Shown one piece after another: positions 49,013 through 62,599 of a DNA stretch of 64,000 nucleotides. Every line of letters begins with the position of its first letter. Position 1 is the stretch's first letter. The stretch spans positions 1-64,000 of the forward strand of contig JAWMAR010000181.1 of the NCBI GenBank assembly GCA_036785375.1. Direction: 5' to 3'. The DNA is from Leucoraja ocellata. Lineage: Eukaryota. The notes under the pieces are model-generated. The model saw only the letters and a list, made by a program, of their open reading frames with translations. It had not been told where the DNA came from and searched no databases. The position numbers and the translations under genes were made by a program.

Positions 49013-52000
49013 GAAACATCAGCTATCCATGTTCTCCAGTTACTCCAGCACTTTTTGTCCATTAATACAATCTATAGAACTTCACAAAGAGTTTGCTATT
49101 ACGTGAGCTTGCCACATTTGTTGATAATGAGGTACTTGTTTCCTCAACATCCTCATGGTAAGCAGTTTGGAGATTTCTGCAGGTTGATTTGAAGGCATTA
49201 ATGCACACGTTGGAAAAAACATCCGCCAAGCCTTCAGAATTTGGGAAGTGATGAATGATAAACGTTAGTTCGAGGAATGGCATTGAATGCAGTCTGGGAA
49301 TGGGTGAACAGATATGCTGAGCAAATAGATCTCACTAAGATCAACCAAGGAATGTGGCTGAGTGAATCACAATTTATTTCCATTTATTAGATAATGTTGT
49401 GGCTGATAGGTTCATCAAATCATGCACTATCATGAAAAGGCCATTCACTAAGATTGCCTTATGGGTTTGGACTTTTTTTTTCATTCTCTATTTTTATCCC
49501 AAGAACCACAGGTGCTCAAATTCTTCAACCAAGTAGAGCAAAAAATTGTATTTGACAAGCTGATTTTGTTGAAAGAAAATCTCATTCTCATTAGGCTACT
49601 GCATTAGCTGTGTGTAAACTCATTTCAGAATCCTGACAGTCCACATCATAACACCTACAATAATTTACATTTCAATGCAGATTGTGAGAGTGAAATATCA
49701 CGGCCTGTTGAAATGGTCTTCGAGGCACTTGAACACCTGAAGAAGCAAATTGAAGAGCTTCCCTGCATCACCGTGCATCATATCTTTCTATTAAAGACAG
49801 ATCCTTTCTACTACTTACACATGGCATTTCTTTCTCAATAATATACTTATTTCCATATTCAAGGTCTAACAAACAACTGTAACATAGTGGACAGGAAAGA
49901 CCTTTAACCCTTTAGCAGCTGTGTCCCCTAGGCAATTCAATTTACGAGCACAGTTAAAAGTTTTGATTGAAATATATTCATAAATAAGCTTGCACTAGCA
50001 TCTCATTTACACTCACTCTCTTTGTAATTCCATACTTTATAATTCTATAATTTCTTATGCATAGGTCTTGCATGAAGGAATTGTTTGATTTTCACATAAT
50101 CAGACGACCAACATGGTCAGACACGTGCACATTAATTCAATCTTTATCCCATTGCTGTTTTGATTACTATTGCAGAGTTACCTCACAATGAAGGCTTTAT
50201 ATTTCATGAAGAATATGATAGAAATTATTCCGGAACGTCAAAAATCTATTCTTTTTACATGGCAACATATAACAAAAAATTACTGTGTGCAGTCTTAACT
50301 TATGAAACATTAAACATGTCATTGGACTTTATTTTAATAGGAGATTGAGCTATGTATGTATAAACATTGGTGCACCAATACCACAGAATAATTTTAACAT
50401 TTTTGCTTTCATGAGAAAATCTAAACTAAATACGATAGACATTCTCCTACTGGAGTTAAATGAAAGCAAGTTCATCTGAGTCAGGATTATGTATTGTGGG
50501 GGTTCAACCTGTGGGTTAGATTTGATCCAGTCTATGGAAAATAATGGAAACTCATGCATCAATTACAAGGTTGGATTCTATTCAAATTGTCCAGATGGAA
50601 TCATAAACTAAGAATGAAGCTCAAAAACTTTATATAAAATTATTTAAATTCATATATTACACAGCAACCTTGACCTCACTCTTTTGCATATTATCACGTG
50701 CATTTTTACATATTTCCTTTTGGTTTTCTCTTCTGTTCGGAGCTGGTTTTACAGATTGAGAAAGCAATGCTCTAATAGCTAACATTTCTGACATTGATAT
50801 AAGACGACTAACTAGTCATAACCTTCAATAGATTTACCATTCAAAGTGCGTTATAAAGTACATACTTTGCAATTATATCTCCCTTATGTTATTGTAGAGA
50901 GAAGTAGTTTTCCTGGCCATACCAAACGAAAGCAAAATAAACTGCTTCCCAAAATAATCAATCTTCTTGAAGTAAATGATCAATAAATAAAAGCTTTAAT
51001 TAGAGGACAATTCCAGTGCCATCTTCTAACACTCAATAATACTCCCTGTGAAGTAATCCAGCAGCTTCAACAGTGGCAGCTATCAGATAGATATCTAAAC
51101 CTTTAACGTAGCTATTCTTTAAATTTAACACACAAAAAAAATCTTCGTCATTGGCAACAAAGAGGAATTGTTAAGCTGAGCTGTTTTATTGTTCTAATTA
51201 AAATATGTATTATAGAATTCAAGTATCAAATGCGTTATAATATTTCCACAATTCTCAAAATGATGTTGAAAAGCTGCCATTGATTTTTCTGTTACATGTG
51301 CAATTATAAAGTTTACATCTTATTCACTACAATCCATAGTCTTACTTGATTATATCTATCCCTCTTTAAATAGTGATGGAACAACATTTATTACACTGAG
51401 GTTCATATGTATTTCATTTAAGTAAAACAATATTGACATACAGTATGATGTGTGACTTATAGTAAATACAGTAGTAACAGGATTCTTATTAGCATTTAGA
51501 TTACTGGGTGACTAAATTCAAATGAGCTTGTTAACAGGAGATTATTTTTGTGACTTCTGTGCTGAATTTCCTTCTGCCGCTTGAAGCATTGCAGAAAATA
51601 ATTCAGTAGCTAATATTGGAACTTTATAAATGTTCTATTGTGAACATAATAAAGATTTGCATGAATACATACACTGCACATTAATGGCCCAGAATAAATC
51701 AAATAAGTAGCTTCATAGGAATCCAAAAGATTATGTATTAATATTTTTGCTTTGCAACATTAAAAAACATCATTGACATCAATAGAAACCATGGCTGTCT
51801 TATTTTGGCATACCCTCACAACATATTAATTCATTTAAAGGGGGTTGAAAAATGTCTGAAAGCTGGGGGGTTTTTTTTGGAAAGAACATTAAATTATTTG
51901 ATAGTTAATGGTGTTAAGACAGTGATTTGCAGATAAATTATCCTTAATATCTTCCAATTAAAAAATAAACTAAATGTATTTTGTTCCTTGCTAAAAGCTG

Positions 52001-54517
52001 AAGCCTGTTTGGCAGCCCACAGTGATCTCATTTTCCATGTATATTTTGATTAATACTTTGCTGGATAATCTGCACCGCGTGGTCTAGGTTCACTAACCTT
52101 CCCGTAAAATAATGAGCTTTCAAGAATAAAAAATATGCCAGATATATAGTTGTACATTCTGAGCAGCTCTGAACATATTCAAATGAAATGGGGAAATGAA
52201 GTCTTCACAGAGTAAATTTGCTAGAAAGCGAAACTTGCTGCTCTCAATTTGTATTTAGCTGTCAGTGTCTGGTGCTAATGATTGGACAAGCCATCAACCT
52301 TTTGCATATGTTTTCTATAAATACCTGATCTTCTGTGACTCAGCTGACATATAACTATGCAGCAACATTGGTCTCGGGGGACTGAAGCAGCAAATTGGGA
52401 TACAGCCAATACCAGTTCAAATGCCCACAGTGCATTTGCCAAATAATATCCTCGGGATAACAATAGGCGTTACTACTAAAATGATCTCAAATATTTTGGA
52501 AAACATCTCTTGATTTACCTGCTAATGTCAGGAGAATAACATTTCAGTCGAAACCTGGGTAACACATAGCAATAATTGTTGCATATATTTGACACATAAC
52601 CCTTGGCATTTCAAAAGGAAAAAAAAATGAAACAATCAAAAGGATCCTACTTAAGCTATCTGCAGTATTGAAGACTGATGAAATTTCCTCCTGGCTAGGA
52701 GAATTATCTTTTCTTTGACTTCCTTTATTAGAATTAAAAAGGCAACCCGATCTTCTATTTAAATACCATATGTAATATTTTGTTCTAACAAACACTGACA
52801 TCATTTTACATTCTGGGCAAATAATATCTTTCAGTGAGACCGGCCTCAAGATGACAAAACAGTATTCTGATTAAACATTAATCTGAATTAAAAAAATGTT
52901 GCCTGCTCTAGGTTATATAGTGTTCATTTACTTGGTAACAAAATTCTCAATTTCACCATTTAATTTCATAGATTAAGCCGCTACATACAATTAGAACAAA
53001 AATATACAATGCCATTAGGGACTTAGAATGTCATCATGTCATAAAGTTAATTGAACACTGTTGGTTGAGGGTTTTATTTTTTTCTAGCATTTATATATCT
53101 GGTTTTAGGATATTTACTTGTAAACCTCTGTCAAAATTTTACACGTTTCAATGAGATTACTTCTCATTCTTTGAAACTCAAAGGCCCACTTCCCTCAGGA
53201 GAAAAATCTCACAATCTAAGAATCAATCTGATAAACCACAGCGACACTGTCTTTATCACATGTATGTTCTTCCTTCACTAAGCACAAAATGCTGGAGTAA
53301 CTCAGACTGCAGGAGGACCCTGAAACACTGCCTATCCCTTCCTTCCACAGATGCTGCCTGCCCCACTGAGTTACTTCACCACTTTGTGTCTTACTCAAGA
53401 TTCCAGCATTTGCGGTTCCTTGTGCCACTATGTCCTTCATTAGGATTGACGACAAGACCTGTACAAAATGTTCCAAATCTAATCTGATCAAGTCATATAG
53501 ATGTGCACTATGATGTCTTTATTCCTGTATTGAAAAACTCTTGCAAAAAGACCGATAATAATTGTATGCCAGAACCGCATGCTAACTTTCAGTATCATTT
53601 GCTGGATATTTTACATAGATTTTCAGATCTTCATTAGGACATTTAGTCATCCATTTGGAATTTTAATTATATTCCTTTCTCCATGCTGCCGAGGCAACTG
53701 AATATTGCTCCATTTCAGTTTTCCCGCATAGGTGTTATTTTGCATTTGCCCTGCTGTTACCTTCATCCTTGGTGCAGCCCTCTCATACCTAAATGTTTTG
53801 CTTGTGCAGACCCTCCATCTAAGACCCCCTCTGCTGCACTGACTTCCAGAATCTGAACTGGTGACTGGACCTCCTTGACTCTTTTGTTCTACAACAGCCT
53901 GCAGTTATTGGTACGAGTCCTTGCTAAGTGACAAGCGTATTGTCATGGCAATGGTGAGGACAGATAGGGGGCACTTTAAATAAGGAAATATCGCATCAGC
54001 TCAGTGTACATTTTGTTCCAAAATTCTCCAACTTAACCCCCATTTTATCTCCTTTTCACTTTCACTCTCTATGTGCATGGTCTTCACAAATAACGTTTGA
54101 ATAAGACATGCTTCAAAATGCCTATATACCTTGACACGCTTGGCTTTTGTGTGTCACAACTACTTATATATACAAGGCTCACAACTGGATTTCCAATGGC
54201 AAAACTAAGCCTGGCTTTGGGAGGGACACATCATTTTAACATCAGGTGGACAAGAGGTAAAATTAAAGAACAAACGAGTACATAATAACGTGGCAGGGAA
54301 GTTAATGCTACACCTTGAAGTGAGGTTAAACCCTTTCCTTTGAGGACAAAGAATGAAATTCCCATTCTAAAGTCCTTTCCCTCCAAAACTCTACAGGAGT
54401 CCCATCAGCTCCTGTTGATCACTGCAGTCAACAGTGAAGACGGCAGAAAATTCATTGGTTTTCCTGATCCTGCCTCCCACCATCATCTAACATACGCCAG
54501 GATTTCAATGGAGAAGT

Positions 54518-54860
54518 CATAGAAACATGGAAACATAGAAATTAGGTACAGGAGTAGGCCATTCGGCCCTTCGAGCCTGCACCGCCATTCAATATGACCA
54601 TGGCTGATCATCCAACTGAGTATCCCATCCCTGCATTCTCTCCATACCCCCTGATCCCTTTAGCCACAAGGGCCACATCTAACTCCCTCTTAAATATAGC
54701 CAATGAACTGGCCTCAAATACCTTCTGTGGCAGAGAATTCCACAGATTCAACACTCTCTGTGTAAAAAATGATTTTCTCATCTCAGTCCTAAAAGACTTC
54801 CCTCTTATCCTTAAACTGTGACCCCGAGTTCTGGACTTGCCCAACATCGGGAATAATCTT
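54518..54860 (-). mobile_element. CR1 3' fragment
   Basis: ORF 54608..54847; tail present. Confidence 0.95.
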
Positions 54861-55834
54861 TTGTCATAGTTTTGCAGGAGAAATTATAAAATTCCACACT
54901 GGGACAGGAACAGTCATCTCAGCCAATGTTCTTACATTTGCCTCTGCGGCAAAACTCCTTTATATATCTGTCTCACTCGCTGTCTGATGAGGACTGAAAA
55001 AGACACAGCTGCTGCAAATCTGAAGTACAACCAGACATGCAGGAAAACTCAGCAGGTCAGGCAGCATTCATGGAAAGAAAAACGGAATGACATCAGAGAC
55101 CTTTCAATAGAACTTTCCTGGATGCTGCCTGACTTGCTGAATGTTTCTATCTTTTTGTGTTTCCGTTCATCTCTCGTTGCCTTTCTGTTTCTTCAGGTTC
55201 CATTTGGTTATTTTCTTCTTTCTAAATGCATCGTTGCCTACCTCTTAAGCCTCTTAACACATTTTGTTCATTCAACCACCACATTTGGGTTAATGTGGAA
55301 TATGCTTTGCCTTTTCACGAAAAAAAAGCAATGTTGTCCTTTGTCCCTTGGCCTTTTTTTTTTAAAATGACATTCAAGTACAGACTATTTTTTATTCTTG
55401 GATGAGAAACTCAAGCGAATTTCTGCATTTGCTGGTCAGAATTAATGATCATTGAGATTGTTCAACCAGAAACAAAAAGCAGGAGCAAGAAAAAATATTG
55501 TAAACATAAGTGGAAGCAAGGAGGCAAAACTAAAATAAAGGGAATCAATACTGAGGACAAGTAAGCTGTGCTGACAGTCAGGGAGCTCCCAGGTCATAAC
55601 CACATAAGGGAGAACTTTATGGTTAAAAGACTTTCTCGAGGAACTAAAGGAACAGAAGGCCCTCCGGTATTTGCACATCAAAACAATTCCTTGAGCAAAT
55701 CCTTCCAGCATCTGCACACTGGTGCTGGATTCCCCAAGCAGGACAAATAGTTTCTGTCACAGGGCCAAATTGTGCTGGATCCAGCCTAACACCATACTCA
55801 TTGCTCCCTCCCTCCGCCTGCACCTATTTTCCTT

Positions 55835-56608
55835 GTCCACCATCGGCTCTGACCTTCCTTCCATCAAGGGGATTTATCGCAGCCACTGCTTCAAAAAGGC
55901 TGGCAGTATCATCAAAGACCCACACCATCCTGGCCACACACTCATCTCCCTGCTACCTTCAGAAGGTACAGGAGCCTGAAGACTGCCAGGTCCAGGAATA
56001 GCTACTTCCCCACAGCCATCAGGCTATTAAACCTGGCTCGGACAAAACTCTGATTATTAATAACCCATTATCTGTTATTTGCACTAATAAATTTTAATAA
56101 TAATAAATTATATTTTGTGCACCTTTCAGACATCTCAAGGCACCTTACAAAGGGTAACAGGAATAAAAAAACATATAATCAGAATAAAATAAATAATAAA
56201 GACCACACAGAAACACAAATTAAAAACATAATTCAGTCCGAAAACAAAAAATCAAAAACACAATGTGAAGAGAGAGCAGCGGCTGCCAAAGCGCGCCAGC
56301 GTCCACTCTCCCTTCACGGCAGCCATCGGACAAGGACTAACAGGATTATGTAGAGACAGAAAATCATCGCCCCACAATGGTTGCCACTGTGGGGGAAGGC
56401 ACAATGTCAAAACCCCAACCCCAAGTTCACCCAAAGTCTATCAGTTTATTTATTCATGTATTTATATTTATATTATGGTATATGGATACACTGATCTGTT
56501 TTGTAGTAAATGCCTACTATGTTCTGTGTGCTGAAGCAAAGCAAGAATTTCATTGTCCTATCAGGGACACATGACAATAAACTCACTTGAACTTGAACTT
56601 GAACTTGA
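55835..56608 (+). mobile_element. Rex1/Babar 3' fragment interrupted by an L2-like 3'UTR (about 56085-56430, -)
   Basis: LPSIKGIYRSHCFKKAGSIIKDPHHPGHTLISLLPS; tail GACAATAAA(CTTGAA)n. Confidence 0.8.
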
Positions 56609-57310
56609 TTTTATCTGGACACTGCGGTTCAAACAAGCTATGGCACTACACTTGACCAGTGGTCAGCTAGGTAGAGCAGGCTGAATTTCAGAAGACCGTC
56701 AACAGTGGTAAAAATCTTTATCAATAACGAAGAGGTTTAAATTACTAGCAATAGAAAAGATTAGATTTTAGTTAAAGATTATTTAGTGAACATTTAAGAT
56801 TTAATGGGATTAAGGAAATGTTAATAGTGGAAAAAATGTAATAAGAATCTGAGGGGCAACATTCTCTCATTTTACAGAGCATCTGGAACGAGTTGCAGGA
56901 GGAGGTAGTTGAATCAGAACTATAACACCATCTAAAATACATTTGGATAAGTACAAGGATCGGAAAGGCTTAGAGGAGTATGGGCCAAATGTGGGTATGC
57001 GGAGCTAGTGTAGATGGGGAACCTTGGTTGGTATGGACAAGCTAGGCAGAAGGGTCTGTTTCCATGTTGTATGACTGTATGACAATATTATCCCATGTTC
57101 CCTGGTACAGTGGAAAGCTTTGTTCTGCATGCTATCCAATCAGATCAATTCATAATATCCATGAATCCAATCAAGTCAAACTCAAGTTTAATAAGTAGAG
57201 CAAAGGGGAACATACAAAGTGTAGAATATAGTTCTTAGAATTGTAGTGCAGCAGCTCCATCAGCAAAGGTAATTAAAGGATTATATGCAATAAAATGGGT
57301 CAGATACTAA

Positions 57311-57546
57311 TGCCCCTGTCCCACTTAGGAAACCTGAATGGAAACCTCTGGAGACTTTGCGCCCCACCCATGGTTTCCGTGTGGTTCCCGGAGGTTGCAG
57401 GTGGGTGCCAGAGGTTGCCAGAGGTTGTAGGTAGTGGAAGGAGGTAGGGAGACTGCCAAAAACCTCCGGGAACCGCACAGAAATCTTGGGTGCAGCACAA
57501 AGTCTCCAGAGGTTTCCGTTAAGGTTTCCTAAGTGGGACAGGGGCA
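57311..57546. mobile_element. Harbinger/PIF fold-back MITE, second copy in opposite orientation to 16115
   Basis: Same TIRs; flanks TAA / TTA. Confidence 0.9.
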
Positions 57547-58253
57547 TTAGAGTCATTTGTATTTTCCATATACCAAGTACATCTCTCTGCATGTTTTCAA
57601 AGAATAACAAATTTAGCCTACAAACTATTTCCCCTTGTATTTCATGGTGTATAGTGCTGGGAGTGCTTTGAACATATGTATACAATATCATTGATCCATT
57701 AATCCAAGTGCCAGCATTACAAGTACAGTCATTTAGTCAGTCCCATCATCCACATCTCATGCTCTAGCATAATTATGTTGGGATGTTAACACCTTCCCCA
57801 CTAGGTTCTCAACAACTCTTATGTAACAAATACATTGTGAGTGCCCTTTAAACAACCTAGACAGAGCTCCCAACTCAACACCAGAAAAGCTATTTCATAA
57901 GCTTATTAATGATCACTCACCTCTACTGCTTGTATAATCTCATTGCTGTCTGTGCAACCATGAGCTTACAAATAGCAGATTTTATATTGGACTTTTCCAT
58001 TCTTTGCAAAGGCTCTATCGATGGTGAAGGAACTTAAGATCAATTCTCAATGCAACGGGAGAAGCCAGTTCGTAGCAGATACAGGAAGGTGAGCATAAAT
58101 TAGGGAGAGGCTCGAATATTTATCGTATAAAGAGTAGTGCCACCTGCAACTCAGAGCTGGCACACTTTAGATCTGCAGACAAGAGAGCAGGAAGACAGAT
58201 CAACGGTGGGTATGCAACACTACTAGAGCTTTCGATTGAATATAAATGAACAG

Positions 58254-58394
58254 NNNNNNNNNNNNNNNNNNNNNNNNNNNNNNNNNNNNNNNNNNNNNNN
58301 NNNNNNNNNNNNNNNNNNNNNNNNNNNNNNNNNNNNNNNNNNNNNNNNNNNNNNNNNNNNNNNNNNNNNNNNNNNNNNNNNNNNNNNNNNNNNN
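58254..58394. other. N gap
   Basis: Run of N. Confidence 1.
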
Positions 58395-58754
58395 GTGGCT
58401 GCCAGCCTTTGATTCGTTGCTACGCCAATACCCGACCCACAAACGCCCTGATTTTTTCCATTTCGGTAGAAATTTCACTTTTCATTCCAAGTATCCACTC
58501 CTCATTAAATTTAGTCATGTTTATGTGCACATTTTTTAAATAAAATCCTTCTCCCCCCCCCCTCCCCACTCACTCATTTTGTCGCCTCCTGCTGGCCAGC
58601 GAGCAAAACGGCTGCTGGCGCCCGCATCGTGCCTCAAAGACGACATTTAAAAACAGCCGCACTGCTGATTCCTGAGCAGCTTGAATTGGAGGACCACGTC
58701 TCCCGTGGGGGCTACGGGTAGGGAACGGCTGCATTGGGGGGAGCATACCCAACG
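58395..58754 (+). mobile_element. Probable Helitron-family fragment bounded by gaps
   Basis: 3' part GGCTGCATTGGGGGGAGCATACCCAACG resembles the subterminal region at 59860-59906 and 39540-39590. Confidence 0.55.
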
Positions 58755-58893
58755 NNNNNNNNNNNNNNNNNNNNNNNNNNNNNNNNNNNNNNNNNNNNNN
58801 NNNNNNNNNNNNNNNNNNNNNNNNNNNNNNNNNNNNNNNNNNNNNNNNNNNNNNNNNNNNNNNNNNNNNNNNNNNNNNNNNNNNNNNNNNNNN
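58755..58893. other. N gap
   Basis: Run of N. Confidence 1.
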
Positions 58894-58923
58894 ATGTATG
58901 TACTGTATATACCTGCATATATA

Positions 58924-59906
58924 TATATACAACTAAAAACATGATCTTGTTATCTTCCAGTTTGGCGGTCTTTCTATTTGTGCAAAAATGGTTCACAATA
59001 GCACTACGATTTTTCGCCATTCACTCACCGTTCTCCTGTGCTGCTAGTGCACCAAGTTTTGTTCCGATCCGTTGAATGTCGTAAAAGTTAGTGAGGTTTA
59101 AAAATCTTAAAAACCGCGCATGCGCAGATCGATATCTTCTACTACAGTCAGTGCCACGTGGATTAGTCTCTTACCCTGTCACTCCCTGGGATGGTCCGGC
59201 CCTTCCGGCGCCATTGCCTTTACTGGAGCTAGTGGCCGGCGGAGGTTTCCAACCGAACTTTCGGAGGCACCCGAAACAGCTCAGCCCCAAACAGCAGCCC
59301 CGCCCCAAACAGCAGCCCTGCCCCCAGCAGCAGCCCTGCCCCAAGCAGCAGCCCCGCCCCAAACAGCAGCCCCACCCCAAGCAGCAGCCCCGCCCCAAAC
59401 AGCAGCCCCGCTCCAAGCAGCAGCCCCGCCTCAAGCAGCAGCCCAGCCCCGACCTAGCCCAGAGTCGGAGACAAAGTCCAGCCCCGCCGGAGATGTCCCA
59501 CCCACACACCTCTCTACCCCACAACTCCCCCTCCCCCACAACCTCCCCACCCCCACAGCCCACCGCCCCCACATCCCCCTCTTCCACAACCCCCCTCCCT
59601 CGCAACCCCCCAATGGACCCCCCCTCCCCACAACCCCCCACCCACTAACCCCCCCTCCCCCACAACCCCCCATCCACCGCAACACCCCCACAAAACCCCC
59701 TGCCCCACACTCCCCCCCCCTCCCCCCTCACCCACAACACTCCTCCCCACATCCCACCACAACCCTTCCCCCTTCGCAGCCCCCCTCCCCCACAGCAACA
59801 ACCCCACACAATATTGCATTGGGGGATCGGGTGTGTGGTGGAATATTGTGTTGGGGAATGGGTTGCATTGGGGGACCAGGCCTCCCATTGACTGGGACCC
59901 AACGGG
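58924..59906 (+). mobile_element. Non-autonomous Helitron with internal 18-bp minisatellite and C-rich tract; 3' end lost in a gap
   Basis: 5' TATATACAACTAAAAACATGATCTTG resembles 38259; 3' GGGACCAGGCCTCCC...GGGACCCAACGGG matches 39551-39590. Confidence 0.75.
59281..59450. repeat. 18-bp minisatellite (CCCAAACAGCAGCCCCGC), about 9 copies
   Basis: Read directly from the sequence. Confidence 0.92.
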
Positions 59907-60068
59907 NNNNNNNNNNNNNNNNNNNNNNNNNNNNNNNNNNNNNNNNNNNNNNNNNNNNNNNNNNNNNNNNNNNNNNNNNNNNNNNNNNNNNNNNNNNNNN
60001 NNNNNNNNNNNNNNNNNNNNNNNNNNNNNNNNNNNNNNNNNNNNNNNNNNNNNNNNNNNNNNNNNNNN
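59907..60068. other. N gap
   Basis: Run of N. Confidence 1.
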
Positions 60069-61309
60069 GTGAATGAAGTAGGATGATGGAAGTAACAATA
60101 GAAATATCATATATAAGCAATAAAATAGGTCAGGAATGGTTGCAGCTGGCAAGAGCTTTGCATTCTGGAAGTTCCAATCCAAAACAAACCTGATACAACA
60201 AAGTGTAAATTAAACCCACAAATCCATGGCTGTAAAGTTAGATTAAAAGGTTATCTGAGCTTTGGAATCCATTTCACAAACCAATCGATTTTGTCGTGCG
60301 ACTGCCTTTTACTTGTTGTAAAAGGTGACATATGAATTATGAAATAAGATGACGATATACATTACACTTTTCATAAATCACAGACTATGCTCATAGTCTG
60401 ACTACAAATCCCTTTAAAACATCGCCCAGCTGGACAGAAAAAAAATCCAGAATATCCTGTAAATATTAAGATAAAAGTTATGACACTCAGCCCTATCGGT
60501 GTGCAGCGGCTTTAGTTAGAGGTAAGGAGAGGTGAGGTGGGGATACAATGAATTTCCCATATCTGTAGTTTGCCTGGCCATTCTATCATTAACTCGAAAT
60601 AAGTTTATCACTATCTGTTTGCAGGGGAATATAAGAAGTAGTAGCAGGCATAGGCCTCATAATCCCTCATGCCTGCTTTGCCATTCAATAAGATTATGGG
60701 TGGGTTGATCTTCTGCTGAACTGTACTTTTCAGTCAAATCCCCATAACCCTTGAATCCCCGCTGGTTAAAAAAATCCATCTCTCCCAGCCTTGAATATAT
60801 TTGCTGACTCAGCATTGGCAGCTCTGTGGGATCGAAAATTCCAAAGATTGAAAACTCCACATCCCTCTATAGGCTCCTTGCAGCAGCCTCCACATAACTT
60901 AGTTTCCCATCTACTTTTGAATTATTACCAAACTTTGATACATTACATTTAAATCTCCTCATCGAGTGCATTAAAAGTCATGCTGCTGTTTCTTTGCATG
61001 GAACCGACAGAGTACAACCACTCCAGATAATCAGGAATCATAATTAGTGGTGGATGCAACCTTCATGATTATGGCTATGTAACCACTGGATGTGCTGTTT
61101 CAGCAACTTACATTTTTTCATGTATGCATTAGTTTTATTTTTCAAATGAGGCTATAATTAAGAAAAAATAAATAGTATTCACAGGTAATATTTAGATAAG
61201 ACATATAGATGAGAAATTAGATTATGGGCAGAAAACAGAGTCATCAGATTGTTCCTTTTCAAATTTCCTTTTCCCCAGATGACCACTGCTTTTGCTGATT
61301 TTCGTGAAC

Positions 61310-61482
61310 ATACACAATACACAACACACAATACAATTTATTTGTCACTTGAACCTCATAGAGGCTCAAATGAAATGTTGTTTCTGCAGTCATACACACG
61401 TGAAAAAAAAGACCCAAGACACAACACAATTTACACAGACATCCATCACAGCGCATCTCCTCCTCGTTGTGTGGAAGGCAAC
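61310..61482 (-). mobile_element. GC-rich retroposon 3' fragment
   Basis: TACAATTTATTTGTCACTTGAACC...ATCCATCACAGCG...GGAAGGCAA. Confidence 0.75.
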
Positions 61483-61567
61483 ACATTTACTGATGACACA
61501 AAACTTGAAGAAATGGTGAATATTGGGAAGATAATGCAAGAAGACATAAATAGGCCACTAATGACGG

Positions 61568-61722
61568 AAGTTAGAGCTCTTAAAGATAGTGGAGTCAGGG
61601 ATATGGAGAGAAGGCAGGAACGGGGTACTGATTGTGGCTGATCAGCCATGATCACATTGAATGGTGGTGCTGGCTCGAAGGGCCGAATGACCTACTCCTG
61701 CACCTTTTGTCTATTGTCTATT
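61568..61722 (+). mobile_element. CR1 3' end with (CTATTGT)n tail
   Basis: 3'UTR homology. Confidence 0.88.
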
Positions 61723-62599
61723 GAAATTTACTACAAAGTATGATGGAATACCTTTTAGAAGAAGAAATGAGGGGAGATTAAATGGCACATTTTGAGGTAT
61801 GTATGTATGAACAGAAAGGTCAGAGTATGTATATTAATCTTTGAAAATGCTAGCACATTCTGAAGAAGGGTCTCGACATGAAATATCATCTACCTGTGTT
61901 CTCTAGAGATTCTGCATCTCTCCAGCACCTTGTGTCCTTTTTAGCAAATTCTGAATGCAGTTGATAAAACATATGGGATCATTGAATACAAAAGCAAGAA
62001 GGTTATGTTGAAAGTTGATAACACAAACTTAGAAAATACAAACAGGACCTGTGGTGATGTGGAAAACAAGAAACACTACAACAGCAATTGATCAGATGAA
62101 AAGTTGGACAGAGAATTGGCAGATGGAATTTAATTGTTACAAATATGAGGTGATACATTTTGGGAAATCATATTGGACCAAATGCAGTAATTTGTAGGAT
62201 GCAAAGGAATATTGATAAACAGAGGAACCTTGGAACTGAAAATTACCCTCATTGAAAATGTTGACACATATAGATAGGATGGAAAAGGCATGTGGAATGT
62301 TTGCCTTCACAGTTTGGGGTGTAAGTTATTTCTTTAAATGGTGTGTTAAGTTTCACATTAGTGGAATACTGGTTGGACTGGTCTTAGTACATTGTGCACA
62401 ATCCTGGTTGCAACATAATTGCACTGGACACAAACCAAATGAGATTCATTGTTAGGGTCACAATGAATGGATCATTAAATCTCACGCTGCCAGTGACATC
62501 AACTATTTGCGAACAAATAAAATAATTGAAACATTTACTATTTCTATATATATAAATGATAAGTGATGATGATAACTTGTTTATTTGTTTCATAAACTA

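Noticed and set aside
59091-60076. Pro/Gln-rich (PKQQPR)n or mucin-like protein ORFs
   Set aside because: Produced by an 18-bp minisatellite and a C-rich tract inside a Helitron-like element. Open in several frames on both strands and runs into Ns.
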